Part shown: in pieces, positions 30,401 through 40,237 of the stretch
Layout: every line of letters begins with the position of its first letter
Numbering within the stretch: position 1 is the stretch's first letter
Assembly (NCBI GenBank): GCA_000934665.2
Contig: KZ538167.1
Coordinates: 62,001 to 111,817, forward strand
DNA length: 49,817 nt
Source of the DNA: Catajapyx aquilonaris
Lineage: Eukaryota
Reading direction: 5' to 3'
Translations under genes and position numbers: made by a program
The notes under the pieces: model-generated
Seen by the model: only the letters and a program-made list of their open reading frames with translations
Databases searched by the model: none
Told to the model about the DNA's origin: nothing

Positions 30401-33400
30401 AGCACATCGATCGAAATATGCTGGAATGAGAAGATATAATGGGTTGAAGGGTAGGCCAGAATTGGGCTGTCGTTTCCACTTGACTGCATTTTCCCATTTC
30501 CTACTGGTCACTTTGTCCGTTTTTTTTAGGTGGACGGAAAGGACCCCCCTCTTTTGGGCCACCCCGTGGGCCACCCCATCCCATCTCACGCGGTTTTGAT
30601 AGCTCTCGTCGTTGGCTTCAATAGACCCGACCCCTTTTGCTTATCCGATAGGTCCCTGAATATGTAGGGGTCAAGCTGTAAAAGGGATTTTATCTCGTAT
30701 ATAGTTTTAACCAAATTCAATTTATGTGTCAAATCAGCTCTTGGACTGGTCCTTTCGTAGCATGTCACGAGTGCAAATACAACAACAGTAATGTGCTGCA
30801 TAAACAAGTCGCAAGCGCTTGATTGCGCCATAATTTGGGCAGCAACGCCCCCTCATTACGCACCGGCGGTACCTCAAAAAATCCGGAGTAATATTTACCT
30901 AGCGAAAAAAAAAACAACTTTTAATCCCTCACCCAACAGATGTGAACTTCATTACAAATCGATATACCCCACGGGTGGTTGGAAAAAGTTCCCGAGAAAA
31001 AAAAGAGAGTTTTAAAGGATTTGAGGAAGTGATCCGGACAGGTGAGGTCCCATCGTGACCATATTATTTGCATACTCGTGAATCTTTAAAAACGTCCGCT
31101 CTGGCCATTTTGTTCCTAAATTCTCACAATTTTGGACCTAATTTTAAAGCGGAAAGCACTTTATAAATCCAGGAGTTCTGCGCATGTTCTTTTACTTATA
31201 TAAAATCCAGCAGTCCAGCAATTGAATGCTTCGTTAGTCGGCTTCAGTGTGCAAAGGAGAGAGAGAGAGAGAGAGATTCAAGCTAACTATGACCCAACTA
31301 ATTTGCGCCTCGCTTTTGGGTGGGTGGTTGGAGAGCACATCCCTTGAGAGGAAAAGGAATTCAATATCTTGCTTTGCTGCAAATGGCGAACATTTCTAGC
31401 AACTGTGATGAAGTTGGTTCGGATGCAACAGGGGGGAGGGGTCCATCTTCATATTTATGATTCCTGTTCCCCAGGAAATGAGATCTGGAATCACGGAGAG
31501 GGGTAAATTGCAGAGGCCCCCGCTTATGTAAATAAGGGTTAATTATGGCTTGCTCCGGTTTGGTGATTTTTGGTGGCCCAGCAGGTGAGGCACAGAGCCA
31601 TGATTATAGGTCTAGAGTTCGATGCCAGAAGTGGGAAGAACTAGCTAGGAGTTCTCTCTGATGTCGAATTTTTATTTTATTTTTTAAATTTGATTTTAAG
31701 TCTATAATATTAAAATCGTAGTGGTTATGCCTTATGATTGGTTCGCCTTATATTGTTACCTCGACGCTTCCGATTGGCCCTCGTTCCGCGCAGGCGCAAT
31801 GGGGTGGAATCAGCGCCTCTGGTGGATAGGGCGGGCAACTATCAATTCCATTGCTGTCGGCCTGAGAGTCTACTTCGCTCTCCTGTTGGCACAACTGTCA
31901 GGTTGTTGACAGTCAGTAAACGGTTCTTTCTGATAACTGAGCTGTTCTAAGGCCTGAGCAGTTAACAAAATGGCCTCCACAGCCGTAGACCGCAGGCCTT
32001 GAAAAAACCGAGCGAAGCGAGGGATTTTCTAGTTTTAATATTTAATTTGTTAACAGGTTACATCAACGAAGGCACATCCCGTGGAGGTTACTACCTGGCG
32101 CTGGTGTTCACCCTCCTGGCCAGCCTCCTGCTGTTTCTTCTTGGAGGGACGTCGCGACGCTCGTCGTCTGAAGGCGCGGGTGGTTCAAGGCCTGGTCAGT
32201 TCCTGCCCGACGCGGGCGTCCTTTGCTCCACGGTGGACGCCAGGCTACCTCTTCCGCTGATGATTCCTCGGAGTGGAAGCAGCACAGCGCCGTTGTGCGC
32301 CTGCATCAGCGAGGACGACGCTTTCGGCGCCGTGGGCGTCCCCACCGTCTCCAGCATGGGCGAACCGGGGCCTTCGGGTTTGACCTGTCCGGGGCCATCC
32401 ACTTCGGCGGCGGTGTCGGTGGCGTCCGCACCTCCGACGCCAGGGACGCCCGGGGGCAGGAGGTCCAGGGCCGGATCCTCAGCGGTAAGCGTTTAAAACG
32501 CGGCGGAAAAAACGCGACGGAAATAACGCAGCCGATTTTTCCGCCGCGTTTTAAGCGTCTAATGCGGCCATTTCAGATTGTAAGTAGAATTCGCTATGTG
32601 CCTTTAATTAACCATTGAAATAGACAGTTTTCTCGGAATTACGCAGCATCTGAGGACCACTATAAGCATACATTTTTCTGACATGCGTCACATCAAAAGG
32701 CTTTATAGACTCCCTACCAAGAACCAGCGTTTGTGATTTTTCCCGGCATTAGCTTTCGGCTCTTTTGATTTCCTCCATCAGCACATTTGAGTATTCCGCG
32801 AACGAAGCCCCCGCCATCACATAACGATGTGCATCACCTCTGAGGATTCCGTTGCTATGACACCCGCGTCTCTCTTTCTCTTTCTCTGATCAATTCAAAG
32901 GCACCCTCGTCTATGTACGCCGCAGGTGAATGCGGTCTATAGAGTTAATATAGAGACCGATTATCTCTACCTCCTATTGATCCCTCAGTTGCATTTGCGC
33001 CGCGATCATGTCCAGCAGCCGCTTGGTTCCTTTCAAACCCCCCCAACCATTTATGGACGGTTGTTTTGTAAGCGACGAGGTAATCCTCTCAGCCTCTGGT
33101 CCCACAATGGGATGAATCTCCTGGTAAATCTTGTTCCGGTACGTCCCTGTGGGAGGGGAGGACAGCCCATGATTGGTCTTACACCATGTCACACACTTCC
33201 AGGACAATTCTGGGCTTCTTGTTGTTCAGTTGACCCCGGATATAACAGCCTCGGCCGAATTGGTGACTGATGTGAGTGTCCTATTGCAGCACAGCGGACT
33301 GGACAGGGACAGAGGCGGAAGCTTCAGGTCGTACACTGAAGTCCCGAGCACCAGCGCTATTCATCCTCAGCCGATCAACTTCGCCAATCTTCCCAAGAGC

Positions 33401-33934
33401 TACTCGTACGGAGCCGCGTTGGACACTGCCGCATTGTTGCCTGCCTGCACCGACGACCCTTGGACGGCCCTGGCTCCTTCCAACTGTCCCCTGTGCCTCA
33501 GATGGGAGCAGATCCAGCAGGAGCAGCAGCAGCAACAGTGCCACTGCTCTTTGACCCCAGCAAGTCAGCAGCCGATCCAGCCCAGGTTCAGGATGGTTCC
33601 CAGCCAGCAGCAGCCAGTGTGTCCCTGCTACCACCACTTCCACCATCCCGTCGTCCCTGCCGGTAACCCAACCAGGAGACCGCTGGGCCACACCATCTCG
33701 GTGAGTTTCAGCGAACCGGAGGACCTGGCTCGGGTCGGGTCGGGGTCGGGTGGTCACCACCAGCACCACCGCGGCGGGTATGGGATGCGGTACAGGGCTG
33801 AGGACGCGCTGGCAGTGGGCATTGAGAACCTGCCTTGTCCGCCGCCCCCTGCGCTCAGGAGGCAGCACACGTGGCACAGGACAAGGCCCGCCAGAAACGT
33901 GACTGTTATCGAGGAGATCACCACTTCGGTGTGA
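15412..33934 (+). CDS. Monocarboxylate transporter-like MFS protein (SLC16/MCT family), 5'-partial spliced CDS
   Basis: Seven phase-compatible GT-AG exons: 15412-15580, 19113-19277, 22655-22931, 23253-23427, 27774-27980, 32057-32484, 33203-33934 (~717 codons visible). Hydrophobic TM segments and MCT-like motifs: AWLGPLCFATSLLVAPLVVAFCRRKSTRLTAVFGG, SYGLLLGAGAG, VGQYFRRRR, LGWRLGLQ, YHPQRAAILHLK, FARAWSFV..VPLLLGVPIAGYI. I did not find the N-terminal TM1 exon(s), which probably lie upstream of the window. Confidence 0.9.
17660..17974 (+). mobile_element. Second, more decayed copy of the Helitron-like element
   Basis: Colinear shared blocks with 31730-32032: tgattggt, ttgttacc.cgacgct, cagcgcctctggtggat, ctacttcgctctc, ttggcacaactgtca, ttgttgacagtcagtaaac, atggcctccac, ccgcaggcct. 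Ends in CTAGT. Confidence 0.7.
19576..19789. repeat. Long inverted repeat / foldback MITE in MCT intron
   Basis: Outer ~39-bp arms (aaatattgcgacctctgtggttaagccatacacagtagg / cctactgtatatggcttaaccacagaagtcgcaatattt) and a perfect 43-bp inner stem (ttcttatggaccgcactgtacccaccattctgattggtggagc and its reverse complement). Confidence 0.9.
21810..21846. other. Assembly gap (N run) flanked by poly-C and poly-G
   Basis: 37 Ns between a C-run and a G-run. Confidence 0.98.
27576..27638. repeat. Inverted repeat hairpin (MITE-like core)
   Basis: tttgggctgcatcatgcaaggttga versus tcatccttgcacgatgcaacccaaa, 22/25 complementary. Confidence 0.75.
29455..29590. repeat. ~21-bp minisatellite (ttgccatcttggtactgtgtc)
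   Basis: About five degenerate tandem units, plus one further unit at ~29844. Confidence 0.75.
29664..29830. repeat. GC-rich 15-17-bp tandem array (ggggcgaaa...), probably DNA-transposon subterminal repeats
   Basis: About ten gggggc(g/t/c)aa units with a higher-order duplication (tcacgggggc.aatatgccgggggctaaaagtccgg appears twice). Ends in gatccc. Confidence 0.75.
31701..32032 (+). mobile_element. Non-autonomous Helitron-like element (apparently full length, ~330 bp)
   Basis: 5' TCTATAATATTAAAA start, 3' GC-GAA-GC hairpin (ccgagcgaagcgagg) and CTAG terminus followed by T. Homologous to 17660-17974. Confidence 0.7.
32489..32558 (+). repeat. Hairpin immediately downstream of MCT exon 6 splice donor
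   Basis: Perfect 19-bp stem: ttaaaacgcggcggaaaaa / tttttccgccgcgttttaa. Confidence 0.85.
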
Positions 33935-36710
33935 CCCCGTAGGTCGTAGGTGACTCTTTTCAATTGATGGTAGGGGCTCCACATGTATTAACGTGATACC
34001 TCGCTTCGCATCGTTGTTTTATTTATTTTTCTCTCAGTTGAACCTGGACGCGTTCAGAACGCGAGCGGGAGCCAATCAGCGCTCCTCTTTGGATAGTAGA
34101 CGAGCTCTGATTGGCCAATGGCAATTTAGCGTCCCAAACGTACTGCAAATGACTTTCCGCCCATCGCATCGCCTTAACACGTGACAAAACGTACCGCTGT
34201 GTAGAACTATACCGGACGTATGCTTGATGAGAAAGGTGAGAGGCGGAAATTACGCGGTTCAGGAGCTCGGTTGTGGACATCGTTGCAGTCATATCTACAA
34301 ATTGAGAAGTAAGAATCACGCTCTTAAAATTTAAATGTGAAGTAACGGGACACATTCTGCTTATAAATTTTAATTGCGTTCATTAGTACAAATGAAAATA
34401 TTCACAATCGTAACAAATTTTAGTGAGTTAAAATTTTGCAGCCCTCTTTGATGACAAATATGGTCAAAATAAACTCTGAATATTAAGTTTTTATTTGAAC
34501 AGCTTGTGAAATACGCTGCACAAGTTCGTATTTTAAAAACATATTTTTTCAGGACATGTTTTTCACACTAAATGGTACCAAAGAAAATCATAACAACTAA
34601 TGTAAACATGTTATTTTTTCGGTTTTTCACATGAGCACTACCTACTATATATAGGCCTGCACATCCACTTGTCACTTTCCTAGTTGATATCGCCTTGCAA
34701 TGAGACAAGTTTCTGCAAGTTTTAGTGACACGCTAAGCTATAGTCACCCTGCGACAAGAGTCTACAAGCTCACTTCTAACTTTAGGTGTTACTTTGTTCT
34801 TGTTAAGCTCTGTTTAACTGCGACAGATCGCTTCCAAAGTTTGGCACAAAGTACCTCATAACGTGCCTCTTGTTTGGTCATGTTATCATCATGCAAAGTG
34901 CCAACATTTACATGAGTTTGTCGCTATTATACAAGGACAGCAAATAATTAGCCATATGAAATGGTTCAATGTTTTAGGATGAACTCTGGGCACATGAGGA
35001 TCATTTTGTATGAAACCAAATCATGACAGGTTTATACTACCTAGGAATTCGCTATAGAAATTTTGTTGAATTCATTCCAACTGAGCTCCTGAATTCGCAA
35101 ATTCCACATACCAGCCGTGGGACCAATAGTTCATTATCCGATAGCAATTTGTTACTTGAATGTACAGCAGGTTTTAGCTATGCACTCATTCAATCCGTAT
35201 AAGGGTTGTGCTTTTAAATTTTTAAATATTTATTTTGCAATTTAACCACAATTCAGTGGCCAATTTGCTGAATTCGCAATGTCAGTAGGTAGTTATTTTT
35301 TTTTCCTACTGCTGCAACAGATTGGATAGTTTTTCACGCTTTGGTCCGCTCTAGTTGGTCTGCTATGCAAAAAAAATAATAATGTTAGGCTTCGCATATG
35401 TAAAAGTAAGTGAGGATCATCGCATATCAAATTTTACAAACTTCGAGACCAAAAAAAAAAAGATCTCGATGCTGATTTAATAATACACAAGTGGGTGCGG
35501 CTTTCGTGAAGCACTGCATTTAATTCTTTCTCTGTGAAATTTTATCCGGAGTGGACTTTTGAATTTTCACGGACTGTTGAGAGAAAGTGATTTTTTTTTT
35601 TTGTATAAAAACTACCTTTTCCTCCAACCCCAATCCTAATGGACAATCAAAGGTTTAAGAAAAAAAAAGAAGATATTCCCCACACAACGACACACGAGTT
35701 ATGTAGGTTGCATAACCTATACTTTTCCCACATCCTGTAACGTTTACTCCCCCCCAAAAAACCCTGATACCTATTTATTAGGACCTCTACGGAGTTTATA
35801 GTTGTTTGATACCACAAACCCTTAAATCCTGTTCCCACAGTTTATAGTAATTTATTACTAAGCGTTACACACAAAGACCAAAGAGAAAGATGTTGTTGTT
35901 GTTGTTACCGAGAGATTTCGTATATATAAGATTATATATATATTTGTCTTTTCTCTATTAACGAAAGCAATATTGAACAGATATTCAATCTTGGCTCTTT
36001 CTGGAAATATATCGCAAAAAAAAAAAGCTGTTTTGAACATTTTTGGAGTATTTCGAAGGAAAAAAAATTATTATGTAAAAGAAAAAGAAAATGTCTTGCT
36101 TTCTATAGTTAAGAAGTTCCCCAATTGACTCAAAGTAAAACGCACAAATATCCAGTGGAATGGACACAACGCCTTTTTCAAGGGGATGTCACTCTTTACT
36201 TCTTTTTTTTTTGTATTGTTTTGCTCAACAATCAATATTGTTGTTGTTTTCTCCTGCTTTTGGGTCCGGACAAACAGACGCATCCAGTCGAAGTCTAAAC
36301 TAGGCTTCGCTCGACCAAGAGAGAGAGAGAGAGAGAAAATATTCCATTGGGAGAGTCTCTGGAGATATTCAAACCGGATTGGACTACTTTCCAGTTCGTT
36401 TTCTTCTTCTTCCGTTTCCCCATCCATTCTGCCAAGGTTTGACTGCCTAGATCAACATGATATATTAAACTATGAGCTTGTTAGCTGAGTCTCCTCTGTG
36501 TTGAATTTTGATCTTTAAAAAAAAATAAAAACAGAAAAAATTGTTTTTTTTTTTCTCAATTCCTTTAGTCCCATCAATGGTAAAAGGGGGCCAATTCCAC
36601 ATGGTGACATATCTCCCCGAAAGCCCTGAAAATAAAATAAATTACACACACTTACACAGAGTCCTTGAGTAATAAAAACAGATCCAAAAGCACCGCTGTT
36701 TTATTTCCAG

Positions 36711-38410
36711 TCAGTCAAATTCATAGTTGGTGTAACAGGCAAAGTTGTTGGCCAAGTTCCTGGAATGGGTCGGTTGGAATTTGCGCTTGGTGACCTTCAG
36801 CAGTTTCGCAGCAAGTTCTTCCATCACCGCACCGGTGCACAGGATTATTTTGGCAGGCCCTGCGCTTGAGTCTGCCCTGCAAATGTACCTGATGGCAACC
36901 GCAGTTTTGGTCAGGCACTCCTCGGACAGGAAAGGCGGGTCTGCAACTACCACATCGAAGGATCCTTTCAGCTCAGCCGGTAAGTCTTGCGGAGAATTGT
37001 AGTCATACGGGACGAAATCAGGCGAGTATATATCAAACCGACGGTCGTACTCCAAAAGTTTGGCTGGAAAAAATAGAGTAATCACAAAGCTACTCTACTC
37101 TCCTATCAATAGAGGATGGAATAAACAGCCTAATACTGGAAAAGGAGCTTGACCAGGCTATCAAAAAAAACTGAAGGATAAATCTGCACCAGGAATCGAT
37201 GGTATTCCAAACTCATTAATGAAGAAGGCGGGCCAAAATTTCAGAAAACTATTACTCTCAACAATCAATGCGGTTTTAACAACTGGTTCGTTCCCAACTG
37301 AATGGGCGCAAATATTAATTGTTCCAATTTACAGAAAAGGTACTGCTGAAAATCTAGCAAATTACAGACCAATTAGTCTTATATGTGCAATAACAAAGCT
37401 ACTGTCAAGAATCCTAGCGAAAAGAATGTTGTCATTGCCAAACTTTAGTGAAATAATCTCAGAAGCTGCATTTAGACCAGGATACTGCACTCAAGATAAT
37501 GTATTTACCTTAATGACCATCATTCACTCTAGTCTAACCAGATCATCTAGGAAAGCTAATGTTGCCTTTTTGCATTTACATGCGAGTGATTTGACGAGCG
37601 AAATCGTCGCCGAGGCTGAAATTAACAATCGATTTTCGCCTCAAACAATATTGGTTACTTGGGTTACTCAGCCTTCGCTCGTCAAATCGCTCACATGTAA
37701 ACGCACCTTAACATTGCTGAGTAACCCAAGTAACCAGTATTGTTTGAGACGAACATCGATTGTTACTATCACCTCAAACAATATTAGTTACGACTCAGCA
37801 ATGTTATCACTCGGCGAAGCGTCAATTCGCTTCGTAAACTCGGCTTTTAATCTGTGGTTTCTCATCAAATACTGCAATGCAGGTTTTGTACTGCCTTAGT
37901 TAAATTTTAAACAGTCGAGTGTGTACGTAAAAGATAAGTACCGGTACTTAGAAAAGCGTACAATCGCTCATTATTTCAGGATTTTTTTGATGCTTTTTCA
38001 GGCAGGCATTTTAGATAATTCAGATGCTTGAAACTTGCATGACAAATTAAAGGTTAAAGCGCAGACCGTTGAGTCCGTCCTGTGCGATATCCTTCATCGC
38101 ACGAAACACTGACGGACACGAGAGGCAGGCGACGCTTCCTCCACCGGCTGCTTCCATCGCCTTCTTAGCCAGGTGCTTCGACGTATCCTCATCATACCAA
38201 AACTGGCTCAATTGCTGCAAAAAAAAAGTACTCAATTAACCACCTAATTACAACAAACCAAGCATGTAACAGTACCCAGTCCTCCTCAATGTTCTGCGGT
38301 GCCTTCCTAGCTTCTTCTTCAGCATAGAACTCCTTCAGGGCCGACAATGCTTCAGCCGACAGCCTCGGAACATCATCCTCATCATCTTCAACCGCAATTT
38401 GAGCAGACAT
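36711..38410 (-). CDS. EEF1AKMT1: EEF1A lysine methyltransferase 1 (N6AMT2)
   Basis: Exons 38410-38276, 38214-38067, 37063-36711 join in frame to 211 aa. Motifs: [81 protein letters not shown]. Confidence 0.95.
37110..37572 (+). mobile_element. Non-LTR retrotransposon (LINE) reverse transcriptase fragment, truncated, in EEF1AKMT1 intron 2 (antisense to host)
   Basis: Translates to ELDQAIKK/(frameshift in A-run)[13 protein letters not shown]...W...IVPIYRKG....NYRPISL...KLLSRIL...AFRPG...DNVFTL...ANVAFL, the classic N-terminal RT motifs. It breaks off just before the expected 'D' of AFLD. Confidence 0.92.
37571..37710. mobile_element. MITE, PIF/Harbinger (Tourist)-like
   Basis: 32-bp TIRs: tgcatttacatgcgagtgatttgacgagcgaa (37571-37602) and ttcgctcgtcaaatcgctcacatgtaaacgca (37674-37705), with 3 mismatches. 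The right end is followed by CC-TTA, consistent with a TTA/TAA target. Confidence 0.65.
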
Positions 38411-38600
38411 GTGGTCATACAGCAATTACAAGTACGTACCATCCAGTAATGATGATACTTGTTGCACAGTTCATATGGCTGCCGACAGATGGCATCGACA
38501 CCATAATGTGCTGCCATCTAGCGGACGGGACGCCGTCGACTTCGGAAAAAGTTGTATGAGACGCCGCTTGATTTTCATCAAAAGGTAAATGTCGGGTAAT
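38411..38600. promoter_or_regulatory. Bidirectional promoter region of EEF1AKMT1 and CCDC28
   Basis: The divergent start codons are only 392 bp apart. The CpG-containing core carries two inverted CTCF-like motifs (38482-38496, 38509-38524). Confidence 0.6.
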
Positions 38601-38802
38601 GTACAAAAAAAATGTAATTAGCATTTACACTGTGGTAATTGACGGCATAACTAATTGCAGCAGCAGTACTGTAGGTGCCCTGTAGGTATTGGCACAATGT
38701 GACATTACCAAATGTGACATTACTTTTAGCCACCCTTGCGTACTTGTTGATTAGTAATTACACTAATCAACAAGTACGCAAGGTAATTATTATACTAATT
38801 AG

Positions 38803-40237
38803 ATGGAACCTGCGGATGGCCCACCTGCTAAGGATCCGACGCTTAGCCCGCCGGCCCATGCGTCGAACAACCCTCCGTCGCGACAGAGCAGCCAGACGAC
38901 CCCGACTGCGACTCAGACCAACAACACGACCGAGTCCACCTCAGCCACGTTCTCACCACGGGTGCGGACCAGCGTCGGATCCCTGCTTCAAGGAGCCAGC
39001 AGAGGCGGACGGCTGCCCAAGCTCATGACCACTCCGGCCGGGGGACAGAAGGAGACCACGAGACTCAGCTTTGTGAACGAGATGGGAGCCGGAGAGGAGC
39101 ATAGGCATCATCATGTCCATAAGGCACACTCGGACAACGGGGGAGTGAAGCGGACGGACACTAAGAGCAAGGGCGGAGGCGCAGGAGGGACCGGGACGCA
39201 CCAGCAGGCCAGGGAGAGGCCAACCGTCGCCAGGATGATGGCGCAAAGGAGAGGTATTAGATTGTTATTAATGTTAGGACCAACATGTTTTATAAGCGAG
39301 CGTTCGTTGCACAATTCAGCGACTCTTTCTTGATTATTATTATTATTGCACATCTCATTTTACGCACCATCATTTTAAGTGCCTACAATTGAATGCGTTT
39401 AATATTTTTTCCTTGTGTCGGTATTTCCAAACCCCATGTGCAAGGTATGATTTTCAATAATTATTTTAGTTTCATTTAAGCTGCATTTACATGTGAGCGA
39501 TTTGATGCAGCGATGTCACTCCCGAGCGATGAGACCAATTGTTTCGGGGGCGAACATGTATTGTTACTTTCACTCCAAATCTGTCACATGTAAATATTGC
39601 TTTAATTACTGTTTTGTTATTATTTTCCTGAGTTTGTTGTTTTTTTTCGTTTCCGTTTCCGCTTTCCTTTGCACATTGTGCGCACCCAAAAGACCAGTTG
39701 CGTGTAGGTGGCTTGAGAACCAAGTACAGTGGATTGACCACTTCTTCCGCACGGAGGGAGGAGGTCGAGAGGCCCTGTGACCACCACTCTTTTCTCTCAG
39801 ACCCGACAGACGTCACACAGATGGAACAGGCTCTACTCCATCTTCTTGAGGACTTCCACTCTGGAAAGCTCAGAGCATTCGGTAAGTCAGTGTGAATGTG
39901 AATATGTTGGTGTAACGTCATCTGGGTTTTACGACTAGGCAAGGACTGCAGTATGGAGCAGATGGACTCGATCCGTGAGCAGCAGGAAAAGCTGGCTCGC
40001 CTGCATTTTGATCTTGGAGCGCAGCAAGATCTGTACGCTCCTCTAAGCGAAGAGGGACTTAGAGCCACTGGGGAGAACATGCAGGAGCTGATGCAGTCCT
40101 TGGAGCAGCTTAGCGTGTCCATAGAGCGACTGCACACTTTTTCAAGTGAGTCCCAGGATGACGGAGGCCAACAGCAAGGACTGTGGACACACCAGGCCAA
40201 GTCGAAGGGCGGTGGGGGGAAAGATGCTGCCAAGTAA
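38803..40237 (+). CDS. CCDC28: Coiled-coil domain-containing protein 28 (CCDC28A/B-like)
   Basis: Exons 38803-39253, 39708-39881, 39939-40237 (307 aa). Conserved core [58 protein letters not shown]...LEQLSVSIERLH. The ATG directly follows an AG acceptor, so a non-coding first exon is likely. An alternative in-frame acceptor is possible at 39693. Confidence 0.9.
39477..39595. mobile_element. Degenerate second copy of the same MITE family, in CCDC28 intron 1
   Basis: Begins taagctgcatttacatgtgagcgatttg (matches the TIR at 37571/37705) and ends caaatctgtcacatgtaaa (inverted). Confidence 0.55.

Noticed and set aside
30318..30670. Exon-intron-exon-like segment nested in an MCT intron
   Set aside because: The spliced translation resembles nothing I recognise and terminates early.
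33281..33982. 233-aa antisense ORF
   Set aside because: Shadow of the GC-rich MCT last exon; no recognisable motifs.
34070..34120. Hairpin in the MCT 3'UTR as a SECIS element
   Set aside because: No AUGA/GA quartet geometry and no in-frame Sec candidate; it looks like a CCAATCAG-type repeat palindrome.
36640..36713. Stop-codon readthrough of EEF1AKMT1 (TGA-CTG) giving an extension ending CKCV
   Set aside because: An AATAAA directly after the stop would probably cleave the mRNA before the extension ends, and no conservation evidence is available.
37219..37899. 226-aa ORF as an intact RT gene
   Set aside because: Only the first ~118 aa are RT-like. The rest is chance readthrough into MITE/inverted-repeat DNA, with no YADD motif and an upstream frameshift.
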